From Thermoanaerobaculia bacterium (lineage in GTDB: Bacteria > Acidobacteriota > Thermoanaerobaculia > UBA5066), in the NCBI GenBank assembly GCA_038245905.1, contig JBBRRY010000024.1, positions 1 through 61,060 on the forward strand: a stretch of 61,060 nt of DNA, in the 5' to 3' direction. This document shows positions 27,546-36,530 of the stretch, piece after piece. A model generated the notes under the pieces. That model had not been told where the DNA came from, searched no databases, and was given only the letters and a program-made list of their open reading frames with translations. The position numbers were made by a program, and so were the translations under genes. Numbering within the stretch: the first letter of the stretch is position 1; the number at the start of each line of letters is the position of its first letter.

Positions 27546-30014
27546 ATGGCTCTGCCGTCGGGCGCACGCCTTGGACCCTATGAAATCCTCGCCCCGCTCA
27601 GCGCGGGCGGAATGGAGGAGGTGTACCGGGCGAGGGACCCGCGACTCGCGAGAGAGGTCGCGATGAAGGTATCGCCGGAAGAATTCTTTGAAGATGAAGA
27701 AAGAAGACAGCGGTTCGAGAGGGAGGCGAGGCTGCTCGCAGCGCTCAATCATCCCGGAATCGCGTCCATCTACTCATTCGAAGAGATCCCCGGTTCTTCT
27801 CCTTCTTCGGCCCGCCACCTCCTCGTCATGGAGCTCGTTGAGGGCGAGGACCTCGCGGTACGCCTCGCCTCCGGCCCTCTTTCACTCGAAGAATCTCTTT
27901 CCTATGCCCGCCAGATTGCCGAAGCGCTGGAAGCGGCGCACGAGAAGGGGATCGTCCACCGCGACCTCAAGCCCGCGAACGTCAAGGTCACGCCCGACGG
28001 GCGCGTGAAGCTCCTCGACTTCGGACTCGCGAAGATCTTCGAGGGCGACGCGGGACCCGGCTCGAGCCCCGCGATCACGAAGTCACCGACGCTCACGGCG
28101 CGGGCGACGGCCGCGGGAGCGATCCTCGGGACGGCGGCATACATGTCGCCCGAGCAGGCGCGTGGCAAACCGCTCGACAAGCGGACGGACGTCTGGGCGT
28201 TTGGCTGTGTTCTCTTCGAGATGCTGACGGGGAAGAGGGCCTTCGAGGGCGAGACCGTGACCGACACGCTCGCGGCCGTGCTCATGAAGGAGCCCGACTG
28301 GGCGGCGCTGCCGCCGGGGACTCCGGAGAAAGTCAGAGAGATTCTTAGAAAGTGCCTGAGGCGCGACGCGAAGGTGAGGCTGCGCGACATCGGCGACGCG
28401 AGGCTGGACCTCGAGGAGCTCGCCGCGTCGGCGGACGCATCCGGCCAATTACCCTTCGAAGAAAATCCCGCGGCTCCAAGCTCCACTGTAGCTCGGAACG
28501 CTTCAGCGGTGTCCGCGCGAGGGAGCAGAAGATCTCTCTATCTTGCCTGGGCGGTTGCGGCCGCGTTCGCGGCCGCGGCGGCTGTGTTCGGAGTCCTCGT
28601 GCTGCGAGCTCGCGGCCCCCGTCCCGTCACGGCCATCCGCGGGCAAATACTGCTCTCGTCGGACGAGCTCTTGGACGGTCCCGGGACTGCCGCCGTCGTG
28701 TCGCCGGACGGATCCCGGCTCGCGTACGTCACGCGAAGCCCCCGCCGGCGGCTCTTCCTCCGGCCGCTCGGCGACCTCCAGCCCGTCGAGGTGCCGGAGT
28801 CCGAGGGCGCCGAAGGCCCCTTTTTCTCGCCGGACGGGAAGTGGATCGCGTTCTTCGCGCGGGGAAAGCTGCGAAAGGCGCCGGTTTCGGGCGGCGCACC
28901 GGTGACGATCTGCGACGCGCCGATCCCGAGGGGAGGTGCCTGGCTTTCCGGAGACACGATCGTCTTCACGCCCAAGACGACCGGCGGCCTCTCGATCGTC
29001 TCCGCGACGGGCGGAGAGCCGCGGATCCTGACGGCGGCAAACGTCGGGGCGCGCGAGCGGACGCATCGCTGGCCTGCGCCCCTTCCGGGGGGAAAAGCGG
29101 TCCTCTTCTCTACCCAGCTCTCGGGCTCCGACTACGACGACGGGATCACCGAAGCTGTCGGGATCGCAAGCGGGAAGAGAACCGTTGTCCAGAAGGGCGG
29201 GGCATACCCGCGCTGGTCGCCGCCGGGACACCTTCTCTTCGCACGAAAGGGGACAGACAACGCCGGCGCCGTCTGGAGCCCGGACGGCCGCGAGATCGTG
29301 TTCGCGTCCGATCGCGTGCGAGAGCTCGTGGCCCGCCCGAACGACTCGCCGATCACTCTGCGGGAGATGTACGTCGAGCCCGCCGACGGCTCGGGGCCGG
29401 CGCGTCTTCTCTTCAGGATGGCGGGGACCCTTGCGCCGACCGGGTTCTCGCCGGACGGGCGGACGCTCGCGTTCCAGACCTCGCGCCCGGAGACGCAACT
29501 GGACCTCGGCGTGATCCGCCTGAAGGGAGGTGCGGTCGACGGGGAGCCCGAGATGATCCTCGCGGAGCCGTCGAACGAAGGCAGCGCGGTCTTCTCGCCG
29601 GACGGCCGGTGGCTGGCGTACGACGTGAACGACGGCGGCCACGGATACGTCTACGTGCGAAGCGCAGCGGGCGGGGACGCCAAGTGGCAGGTCCCGGGCG
29701 AGATGGGGTCTAGCCCTCGCTGGAGCCGGGACGGAACACTCTACGTCGTGCGCCGGGACGCTTCGATCGTCGCGACGCGCGTCACCGCGGAAGCCGGAGC
29801 TCCCGTTTTTGGGAGGGAAGAGCGTCTCTTCACGCTTGCGGCGTTCGAGGCCGGAAGCCGAATCGTCGCGGGTTGGGATGTGTCTCCCGATGGACAGAGA
29901 TTCCTCGTCCTGATGCGGGAGGGCGCCGCGAACACGCCCGACGTCAACCACGTCACCTTCGCCACCGACTTCGCGGAGGAGCTCAAGCGCCTGGCACCCG
30001 CGGGCGGGAAGTGA
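27546..30014 (+). CDS. Ser/Thr kinase K4 with degenerate Gly-loop and internally deleted propeller (possible pseudokinase or decaying gene)
   Basis: LSAGGMEEVY instead of LGAGGMGEVY; HRD/DFG intact; ~120 aa of propeller missing versus K1; -10 TAGAAT at 27525-27530. Confidence 0.85.
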   Translation: MALPSGARLGPYEILAPLSAGGMEEVYRARDPRLAREVAMKVSPEEFFEDEERRQRFEREARLLAALNHPGIASIYSFEEIPGSSPSSARHLLVMELVEGEDLAVRLASGPLSLEESLSYARQIAEALEAAHEKGIVHRDLKPANVKVTPDGRVKLLDFGLAKIFEGDAGPGSSPAITKSPTLTARATAAGAILGTAAYMSPEQARGKPLDKRTDVWAFGCVLFEMLTGKRAFEGETVTDTLAAVLMKEPDWAALPPGTPEKVREILRKCLRRDAKVRLRDIGDARLDLEELAASADASGQLPFEENPAAPSSTVARNASAVSARGSRRSLYLAWAVAAAFAAAAAVFGVLVLRARGPRPVTAIRGQILLSSDELLDGPGTAAVVSPDGSRLAYVTRSPRRRLFLRPLGDLQPVEVPESEGAEGPFFSPDGKWIAFFARGKLRKAPVSGGAPVTICDAPIPRGGAWLSGDTIVFTPKTTGGLSIVSATGGEPRILTAANVGARERTHRWPAPLPGGKAVLFSTQLSGSDYDDGITEAVGIASGKRTVVQKGGAYPRWSPPGHLLFARKGTDNAGAVWSPDGREIVFASDRVRELVARPNDSPITLREMYVEPADGSGPARLLFRMAGTLAPTGFSPDGRTLAFQTSRPETQLDLGVIRLKGGAVDGEPEMILAEPSNEGSAVFSPDGRWLAYDVNDGGHGYVYVRSAAGGDAKWQVPGEMGSSPRWSRDGTLYVVRRDASIVATRVTAEAGAPVFGREERLFTLAAFEAGSRIVAGWDVSPDGQRFLVLMREGAANTPDVNHVTFATDFAEELKRLAPAGGK

Positions 30015-30015
30015 A

Positions 30016-31173
30016 TTGCTCGCCGTCATCCTGAAGGTGCTCCTTGCCCTCTGGCTTCTTCGCGCCGCGAACGTGGCGTTGTCGTTCCTCCTCGTCCCCG
30101 AGCTTGCGCCCGCATCGGGGCGGAAAGTCGGCGCTCCGTTCGTGTCGATCGTCGTCCCCTCCCGGGACGAGGAGCGCGCGATAGAAGCCGCGACCCGGAG
30201 CAAGTGTCTTCAGGACGATCCGGCGTTCGAGGTCGTCGTCGTGGATGACCGGTCCTCGGACGGGACCCGCGCGATCCTTCGTCGTCTCGAAAGCGGGTTC
30301 CCGGGAACCTTGCGCGTTGTGGACGGCATCGAGCCGCCAGCCGACTGGCTCGGGAAGCCGCACGCCCTCGACGAGGGCACGCGCGCGGCTCGCGCCGCTC
30401 GCCCCGACGACTGGCTCGTCTTCTCGGATGCGGACGTCGTCTTCGCCCCGGATCTGCTGGCGCGGGCGCTCGCGCACGCCGAGAAGCACCAGCTCGACTT
30501 CCTGACTCTCCTCCCGCAGATGGACGCGCGCGGGTTCGGCGAGCGGCTCATGGTCCCGACAATCCCGGCTGCCGCGTTCTGCTACTTCCCCGGCTGGCTC
30601 ATGAACATTCGCTCGGCCCGGCGCTTCGGCGGCGGGGGAGGCGTCTTCAACTTGATCCAACGCGACCTCTTCGATCGCATCGGCGGGCACGTGGCGCTGA
30701 AGGCCTCCGTCGTCGACGACATCCAGCTCGGCCGCAACGCGCGGCGCGCGGGCGGCCGCACGGGCCTCGCCCTCGCGCTCGACTCGATCTCCCTGCGCAT
30801 TTATCACGGCTTTCGGGAGATCGCGAAGGGGCTGGAAAAGAATGGTTTCTTCGTGCTTGGAAACGTGCCGCTGGCGGTGTTTGGACTTCTGTTGTTTTTC
30901 TTAGAAGGTGAATTGGCTTACGCAATCCTGCTCGGCGCCCCCCTCTTCACCTTCAAAGAAATCCTTCTTTCTTCTCTCGTCGTCCTCGCGTCGTTCGTCG
31001 TGCGGGCTATCTGCGACCTGCGCCTGAGGCTCGGAATCCTCTCCGCGCTTCTTCATCCCGTCTGGGTGGCCGCGCTCACCGGGATCTTTGCCAGGTCGAC
31101 CTGGGTGAACGGCGTATTGCACCGCAACGAGTGGCGCGGGCGGGTGCGGGACGCCCGGACGCTGAAGTCGTGA
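30016..31173 (+). CDS. membrane glycosyltransferase family 2 (CrtQ/HpnB-like)
   Basis: VSIVVPSRDE, VDDRSSDGT, WLGKPHAL, DADV, VVDD, C-terminal TMs and WRGR. Confidence 0.87.
   Translation: MLAVILKVLLALWLLRAANVALSFLLVPELAPASGRKVGAPFVSIVVPSRDEERAIEAATRSKCLQDDPAFEVVVVDDRSSDGTRAILRRLESGFPGTLRVVDGIEPPADWLGKPHALDEGTRAARAARPDDWLVFSDADVVFAPDLLARALAHAEKHQLDFLTLLPQMDARGFGERLMVPTIPAAAFCYFPGWLMNIRSARRFGGGGGVFNLIQRDLFDRIGGHVALKASVVDDIQLGRNARRAGGRTGLALALDSISLRIYHGFREIAKGLEKNGFFVLGNVPLAVFGLLLFFLEGELAYAILLGAPLFTFKEILLSSLVVLASFVVRAICDLRLRLGILSALLHPVWVAALTGIFARSTWVNGVLHRNEWRGRVRDARTLKS
30895..30978. repeat. inverted pair of TTCnAAGAA motifs inside the GT2 gene
   Basis: TTCTTAGAAGGTGAA (30898-30912), 33 bp, TTCACCTTCAAAGAA (30946-30960) plus pyrimidine tail. 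Confidence 0.78.
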
Positions 31174-31211
31174 CCGGGCTCGACCGGAGAGACCGTTATG
31201 CTTGAGGCCGG

Positions 31212-33875
31212 GTGAAGGTCGGAGATCGCCTCGGTCCCTTTGAAGTCCTTGCTCCGCTGGGAGCGGGAGGAATGGGGGAGGTGTACCGGGCGAAGGACAC
31301 GCGCGTCGACCGGGCGGTCGCGTTGAAGGTGCTGCCGGAAGAGTTCTTCGAGAATGAAGAGCGGAGGGCGCGTTTCGTGCGCGAGGCACGCACGCTCGCG
31401 AGCCTCAATCACCCTGGCGTCGCCACCCTTTATTCGTTCGAAGAGATCCCCGGATCCTCGCCATCCTCGACGCGTCACGTCCTCGCCATGGAGCTCGTGG
31501 AGGGCGAGACGCTGTCGGCGCGGCTCGCGAAGGGACCCCTGCCGCTGTTGGAGGCGCTGCGCTACGGCGCGGAGATCGCCGCGGCGCTCGAGGCCGCTCA
31601 CCGACGCGGGATCGTGCACCGTGACCTGAAGCCCGCGAACGTCATGTTGGCGAAGGCGGGCGTCAAGCTCCTCGACTTCGGCCTCGCGCGGGCGACGGTC
31701 CCGTCCCGGGCGGACGCACCGCTGTCCGTCCTCACGACGCAGGACAGCGAGCTGACGGCCGAGGGTGTGGTCGTCGGGACCCTGCCGTACATGGCGCCGG
31801 AGCAGCTCAAGGGCTGGGAGACGGACGCGCGCACGGACATCTTCGCGTTCGGCGCGATGCTCCACGAGATGGCTACCGGGCGGCGGGCTTTCGCGGCGGA
31901 CGACCGCGCGAGCCTTGTCGCCGCGATCCTCACGGCGAATCCTCCGTCCGTCGAGCAGATCGAGCCCTCGTGTCCCCCCGCGCTGGGGCGGGTCGTCGCG
32001 GCCTGCCTCGCGAAGGATCCGGACGAGCGATGGCAGAACGCCGCGGACGTCGGGCGAGAGCTCCGTTGGATTGCGGAGGGAGGGACCGCCTTCGGCGCCC
32101 CTGTCCCGGACAGTCCGCGCCGCCTCCGGGGGCTCGTCCCATGGGGTGTCGCCGCGATCGCCGCCCTCCTGGCGATCGCCGCCCTGTTCCGCTCTCCGCG
32201 CCCCGACGCGCGCGAGGAGACGATGCGCTTCAAGATCTTCCCGCCCTCCGGACAGAACCTGATGGGTTTCGCCCTGCTGTCGCCGGACGCGCGACGCCTG
32301 CTCCTGCAGCTCCGGGACGACGGCGGCAAGAACCGGCTCGCAATCCGGTCGCTCGACGGCCTCGACGTGCGGATCCTTCCGGGGACCGACGATACGCGCG
32401 GAGCGTTCTGGTCGCCCGACGGGCGGGAGATCGCCTTCTTCGCGGAAGGAAAGCTCAAGCGGATGAGCGCGGAGGGCGGGCCCGCCCGCGCGATTTGCGA
32501 CAGCGGCGGGGCCGTCTGGGGTGCGTGGAGCCCAGGGGGCACGATCCTCTTCGCGACGAATTTTGGCGGCCCGCTCAGTGTCGTCCCAGCGGCGGGTGGA
32601 GTGCTCGCACCGGCCACGGCCCTCGACGACGCGGCCGGCGAGACGCACCAGAATCAGCCCTGTTTCCTGCCGGACGGCCGGCACTTCGTCTATTTCTCGG
32701 CGAATGCGGATTTCACGAAGAAATTCATCCGGCTCGGCTCGCTCGACTCGAAGAAGACGCGGCCGTTGTTCGAGTCGGATTCTTCGGCGGTCTACGCGGA
32801 CGGATATCTCGTCTTCGGGCGCGACGACGCGGTCCTCGCGTGGCGGTTCGACCCCGGGACCCTGAAGCTCGTCGGCGAGCCCGCCCCCGCGTTCGAGCAC
32901 GTCCACTGGGCGAGCGGCGACGCCTTCCTGTCCCTTTCGGCGGCCGGAAACCGCGTTGCGTACGTGTCCTGGTTGCTTCGGCGGCAACTGGTCTGGGTGG
33001 ATCGGAAGGGGCGCGAGCTCGGGACCCTCGGCGAGGTTGGCGGCTACGCGGACGTGAGGATTTCGCCGGATGGACGCAAGGTCGCCGTGGCGGTGCGCGG
33101 ACGCGCCCACGGCGGGAACGGCGACGTCTGGGTCCTCGACGCGACTCGGGGCACTGCGGTCCGGATCACCTCCGAAGCCACCGACGACTTCAATCCGGCT
33201 TGGTTCCCGGACGGAGAGAGGATCGCGTACGTCTCCGACCGCTTCGGTTCCTACAACCTCTTCGAGCGGCCGGCGGGCGGCGGCCTCGAGAAGCTCCTGA
33301 TCCGCAGCGAGCGGGACAAGATGTTCCCGTCGATCCTCCCGGACGGCCGCCGCGTGCTCCTGGACGTGGACGAAAGACCACGATACGTCCGGGAGATCCT
33401 GCCTCTCGACGACCCGAAGAACGCCGTTCGCCTCTCGGCCGACTCCCGGTTCTCCGAGGAGCACCCGGCGATCTCGGCGGACGGTCGCTGGTGCGTGTTC
33501 GACTCGATCGAGTCGGGCCAGAGGGAGGTCTTCCTGCAGCCGGTGCCAGACGGTCCGAAGCGTCAGGTCTCGATCGGCGGAGGCCAGATGCCCGTCTGGA
33601 ACCGCAGCGGCCGCGAGATCTTCTACGCCGCGCGGAACGGGACGCTCATGTCCGTGGCCCTACGCGTCGAAGGTGGCCGGGTCGAGCCCGGAGAACCGCA
33701 ACCTCTCTTTCCCCTCCAGTTCGACCTTTCCGGTGAATTGCCGTGGCACCTCGGACCTTACGACGTGACGCCGGACGGACAGCGCTTCCTCGTCATCCGC
33801 CGCGCGCCGGGCGTGGAGTCCGACGGCGTCGTCGTGGTCACGAACTGGACCGCTGGCTCGACGGGCCGGCCCTGA
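31212..33875 (+). CDS. Ser/Thr protein kinase K5 (kinase - TM - PD40 propeller)
   Basis: Intact kinase motifs, TM LVPWGVAAIAALLAIAALF, SPDG repeats; -10 TATGCT at 31197-31202. Confidence 0.92.
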   Translation: MKVGDRLGPFEVLAPLGAGGMGEVYRAKDTRVDRAVALKVLPEEFFENEERRARFVREARTLASLNHPGVATLYSFEEIPGSSPSSTRHVLAMELVEGETLSARLAKGPLPLLEALRYGAEIAAALEAAHRRGIVHRDLKPANVMLAKAGVKLLDFGLARATVPSRADAPLSVLTTQDSELTAEGVVVGTLPYMAPEQLKGWETDARTDIFAFGAMLHEMATGRRAFAADDRASLVAAILTANPPSVEQIEPSCPPALGRVVAACLAKDPDERWQNAADVGRELRWIAEGGTAFGAPVPDSPRRLRGLVPWGVAAIAALLAIAALFRSPRPDAREETMRFKIFPPSGQNLMGFALLSPDARRLLLQLRDDGGKNRLAIRSLDGLDVRILPGTDDTRGAFWSPDGREIAFFAEGKLKRMSAEGGPARAICDSGGAVWGAWSPGGTILFATNFGGPLSVVPAAGGVLAPATALDDAAGETHQNQPCFLPDGRHFVYFSANADFTKKFIRLGSLDSKKTRPLFESDSSAVYADGYLVFGRDDAVLAWRFDPGTLKLVGEPAPAFEHVHWASGDAFLSLSAAGNRVAYVSWLLRRQLVWVDRKGRELGTLGEVGGYADVRISPDGRKVAVAVRGRAHGGNGDVWVLDATRGTAVRITSEATDDFNPAWFPDGERIAYVSDRFGSYNLFERPAGGGLEKLLIRSERDKMFPSILPDGRRVLLDVDERPRYVREILPLDDPKNAVRLSADSRFSEEHPAISADGRWCVFDSIESGQREVFLQPVPDGPKRQVSIGGGQMPVWNRSGREIFYAARNGTLMSVALRVEGGRVEPGEPQPLFPLQFDLSGELPWHLGPYDVTPDGQRFLVIRRAPGVESDGVVVVTNWTAGSTGRP

Positions 33876-33935
33876 GCGGCTGGAGCGCGCGATCGGGGTA
33901 TTCTTCGAGGCTCATTCCCCGGCAATGGAGGACAC

Positions 33936-35183
33936 GTGGAGCGATTCACCGGACTGATCGGCCTTTCGGTCGTGCTCGCTGTCGCGTTCGCGCTCTCGAA
34001 GAACCGCAAGGCGATCCGCTGGCGGACGATCGGCTGGGCGTTCGCGCTCCAGATGGTCTTTGGCGTCCTGGTCCTCTACTGGGAGCCCGGCAAGCAGGGC
34101 ATCGAATCGTTCTCGAACGGGGTCTCGCACGCGATCGGTTACGCGGACCAGGGTTCGTCGTTCCTGTTCGGCTGGCTCGCGGGGCCGATGGACGCCCTTG
34201 GCGAGAAGACCGGCATGGGCTTTCGCGGGATCATCTTCGCGTTCAAGGTCCTGCCGATCATCATCTTTATCTGTTCGTTCTTCTCGATCCTCTATTTCTT
34301 CGGGATCATCCAGTTCATCGTGAAAGGCATGGCGTGGGTCATGCAAAAGACGATGAAGGTCTCGGGCGCCGAGGCGCTTTGCGTGGCCGCGAACGTCTTC
34401 ATCGGCCAGACGGAGGCGCCGGTCCTCATCGCGCCGTACATCGCCGCGATGACGATGTCCGAGCTCTTCACGATGATGGTCGGCGGCATGGCGCACGTTT
34501 CCGGCGCCGTCATGCTCGCCTACGTCCTCATGGGCGCGCCGCTCAAGTATCTCATCACGGCGTCCGTCATGGCGGCGCCGGGCACGTTCCTGATCACGAA
34601 GATCATGTGGCCCGAGACGGACACGCCGGTCACGATGGGCACCGTCCGGATGCAGGTCGAAAATAAGGACGCGAACTTCATCGACGCGGCCGCGACGGGC
34701 GCCTCGCAAGGCATGACGCTCGTCCTCAACATCGCCGCGATGCTCATCGCGTTCGTCGCCCTCATCGCGATGATCAACGGCTTCCTCGGCTGGGCGGGCG
34801 GCCTCTTCGGATATCCGTCCTTCACGCTCCAGACGGTCTTCGGCTGGGTCATGAGTCCGCTCGCGCGCATCCTCGGCGCTCCGCAACAGGATGCCGCGAC
34901 GATCGGCAACCTCATCGCGAACAAGACGGTCATCAACGAGTTCTTCGCCTTCTCGATGTTCAAGGACGTCGTCGGAGGCCTCACGGAGAAGGGAAAGATC
35001 ATCGCGACGTTCGCGCTCTGCGGATTCGCGAACTTCTCCTCGATCGGCATTCAGATCGGCGGGATCGGCGGACTCGCCCCGTCCCGCAAGTCCGACCTCG
35101 CGCGGCTCGGCTTCCGCGCCCTCCTCGCCGGCTCGCTCGTGAGCTTCATGACGGCCGCGATCGCCGGAATTCTTATGTCCTAG
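33936..35183 (+). CDS. nupC: CNT-family nucleoside transporter
   Basis: AFKVLPIIIF, FIGQTEAP, NEF, FALCGFANFSSIGIQIGG; GGAGG SD. Confidence 0.93.
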   Translation: MERFTGLIGLSVVLAVAFALSKNRKAIRWRTIGWAFALQMVFGVLVLYWEPGKQGIESFSNGVSHAIGYADQGSSFLFGWLAGPMDALGEKTGMGFRGIIFAFKVLPIIIFICSFFSILYFFGIIQFIVKGMAWVMQKTMKVSGAEALCVAANVFIGQTEAPVLIAPYIAAMTMSELFTMMVGGMAHVSGAVMLAYVLMGAPLKYLITASVMAAPGTFLITKIMWPETDTPVTMGTVRMQVENKDANFIDAAATGASQGMTLVLNIAAMLIAFVALIAMINGFLGWAGGLFGYPSFTLQTVFGWVMSPLARILGAPQQDAATIGNLIANKTVINEFFAFSMFKDVVGGLTEKGKIIATFALCGFANFSSIGIQIGGIGGLAPSRKSDLARLGFRALLAGSLVSFMTAAIAGILMS

Positions 35184-35196
35184 GAGGACGAAACTC

Positions 35197-36114
35197 ATGG
35201 ATCCCAACCTCACGGTTTCCGCGGAGTGGCTCCGCGAACGCCTCCCGCATCCGCCGCTCGTCGGCGTGATTCTGGGCTCGGGCCTCGGCGACTTCGCCGA
35301 CGGCGTGGACGAGCGCGTCGCCGTGCCATACGGGGAGATTCCGGGATTTCCCGCATCGGCCGTCGTCGGGCATTCGGGAACGCTCGTGGCGGGGACCGTG
35401 CGCGGCGTTCCGACGGTCGTCCTCTCGGGCCGCGTTCATTACTACGAGGGCCACCCGATGCCGGCCGTCGTTTTCCCGGCGCGGGTGCTCGGCCTTCTCG
35501 GCTGCCGCACCGTCATCGTGACGAACGCTGCGGGCGGCATCGACAAGTCGTTCAAGTCCGGCAACCTCATGCTCATCGACGACCATATCAACGCATTCGG
35601 GACGAACCCGCTCGTGGGTGCGAACGAAGAGGACCTCGGGCCCCGATTCCCCGACATGTCGGACGCGTACCGCAAGGACCTCCGGACGCTCGCGTTCGCG
35701 GTCGCCGGGCAGCAGCGAATCCCGCTGAAACACGGCGTCTATGTCGGCGTCCACGGGCCCTCGTACGAGACGCCCGCTGAGATCCGCGCCTTTCGAACCT
35801 GGGGTGCGCACGCGGTGGGAATGTCCACGGTGCCCGAGGTGATCGCGCTGAACCAGATGGGCGTCGGGGTCCTTGGCATCTCGTGCATCACGAACATGGC
35901 GGCCGGTGTCCTCAAGCAGAAGCTCGATCACAAAGAGGTCCTCGAAACGACGCAGCGCGTGAAAGGCGACTTCGTCCGCCTCCTGACGGCCCTCGTCCAG
36001 GCCCTCGGAACCGGGCGTTCTGGCGCCACGGAGGACGCCTTCAAGCCGGTCGCCCTTCTCGCGGGGCGCGCGAAAGCGCGCGCGAAGAAGGCGAAGAAGG
36101 CGAAGCGAACATGA
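35197..36114 (+). CDS. punA: purine nucleoside phosphorylase (trimeric type) with short basic C-tail
   Basis: ILGSGLG, GRVHYYEG, TNAAGG, GPSYETPAE, VGMSTVPE, ITNMAAG. Confidence 0.93.
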   Translation: MDPNLTVSAEWLRERLPHPPLVGVILGSGLGDFADGVDERVAVPYGEIPGFPASAVVGHSGTLVAGTVRGVPTVVLSGRVHYYEGHPMPAVVFPARVLGLLGCRTVIVTNAAGGIDKSFKSGNLMLIDDHINAFGTNPLVGANEEDLGPRFPDMSDAYRKDLRTLAFAVAGQQRIPLKHGVYVGVHGPSYETPAEIRAFRTWGAHAVGMSTVPEVIALNQMGVGVLGISCITNMAAGVLKQKLDHKEVLETTQRVKGDFVRLLTALVQALGTGRSGATEDAFKPVALLAGRAKARAKKAKKAKRT

Positions 36115-36530
36115 GCGGCGGCCGGCCCCTCTTGGCGGACGAAGAGAATCGCCTCGTCGACGCGGCGCGGAAAGCGCGCGAACATGCCTCGGCGTCGTAC
36201 TCCGGTTTCCGGGTGGGTGCCGCTCTGCTTTCCGAGGACGGCACGATCTTCGGAGGGTGCAACGTCGAGTCGGCTTCCTACGGGCTGACGGTATGCGGGG
36301 AGAGGACCGCCGTCTTCAAGGCAATCTCCGAGGGGACGCGAAAGTTCCGGGCGGTCGCGGTCGTGACGGACGCCGACCCGCCCGCCGCGCCCTGCGGAGC
36401 GTGCCGCCAGGTTCTCTGGGACCAGTGCCGCGACATCGAAGTCGTCCTTGCGACGCCCGTGCGCGTTATCAGTCGGATGCGCCTCTCGACGCTTCTGCCG
36501 CTGCCCTTCGAGTTCGAGGGATCGAAGTGA
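36111..36530 (+). CDS. cdd: cytidine deaminase (homotetrameric type)
   Basis: YSGFRVGAAL, GCNVESASYGLTVCGER, PCGACRQ; ATGA overlap. Confidence 0.93.
   Translation: MSGGRPLLADEENRLVDAARKAREHASASYSGFRVGAALLSEDGTIFGGCNVESASYGLTVCGERTAVFKAISEGTRKFRAVAVVTDADPPAAPCGACRQVLWDQCRDIEVVLATPVRVISRMRLSTLLPLPFEFEGSK

Noticed and set aside
23873-31173. Complete aryl-polyene or flexirubin-type biosynthetic cluster
   Set aside because: No ketosynthase, ACP or ligase genes are present; only tailoring-type enzymes.
31053-33464. Very long antisense or alternate-frame ORFs (also 40101-42434, 12217-13950, 1009-2658, 4816-6756 and others)
   Set aside because: These are shadows of real genes caused by high-GC codon bias; they are Arg/Pro/Gly-rich with no recognisable motifs.
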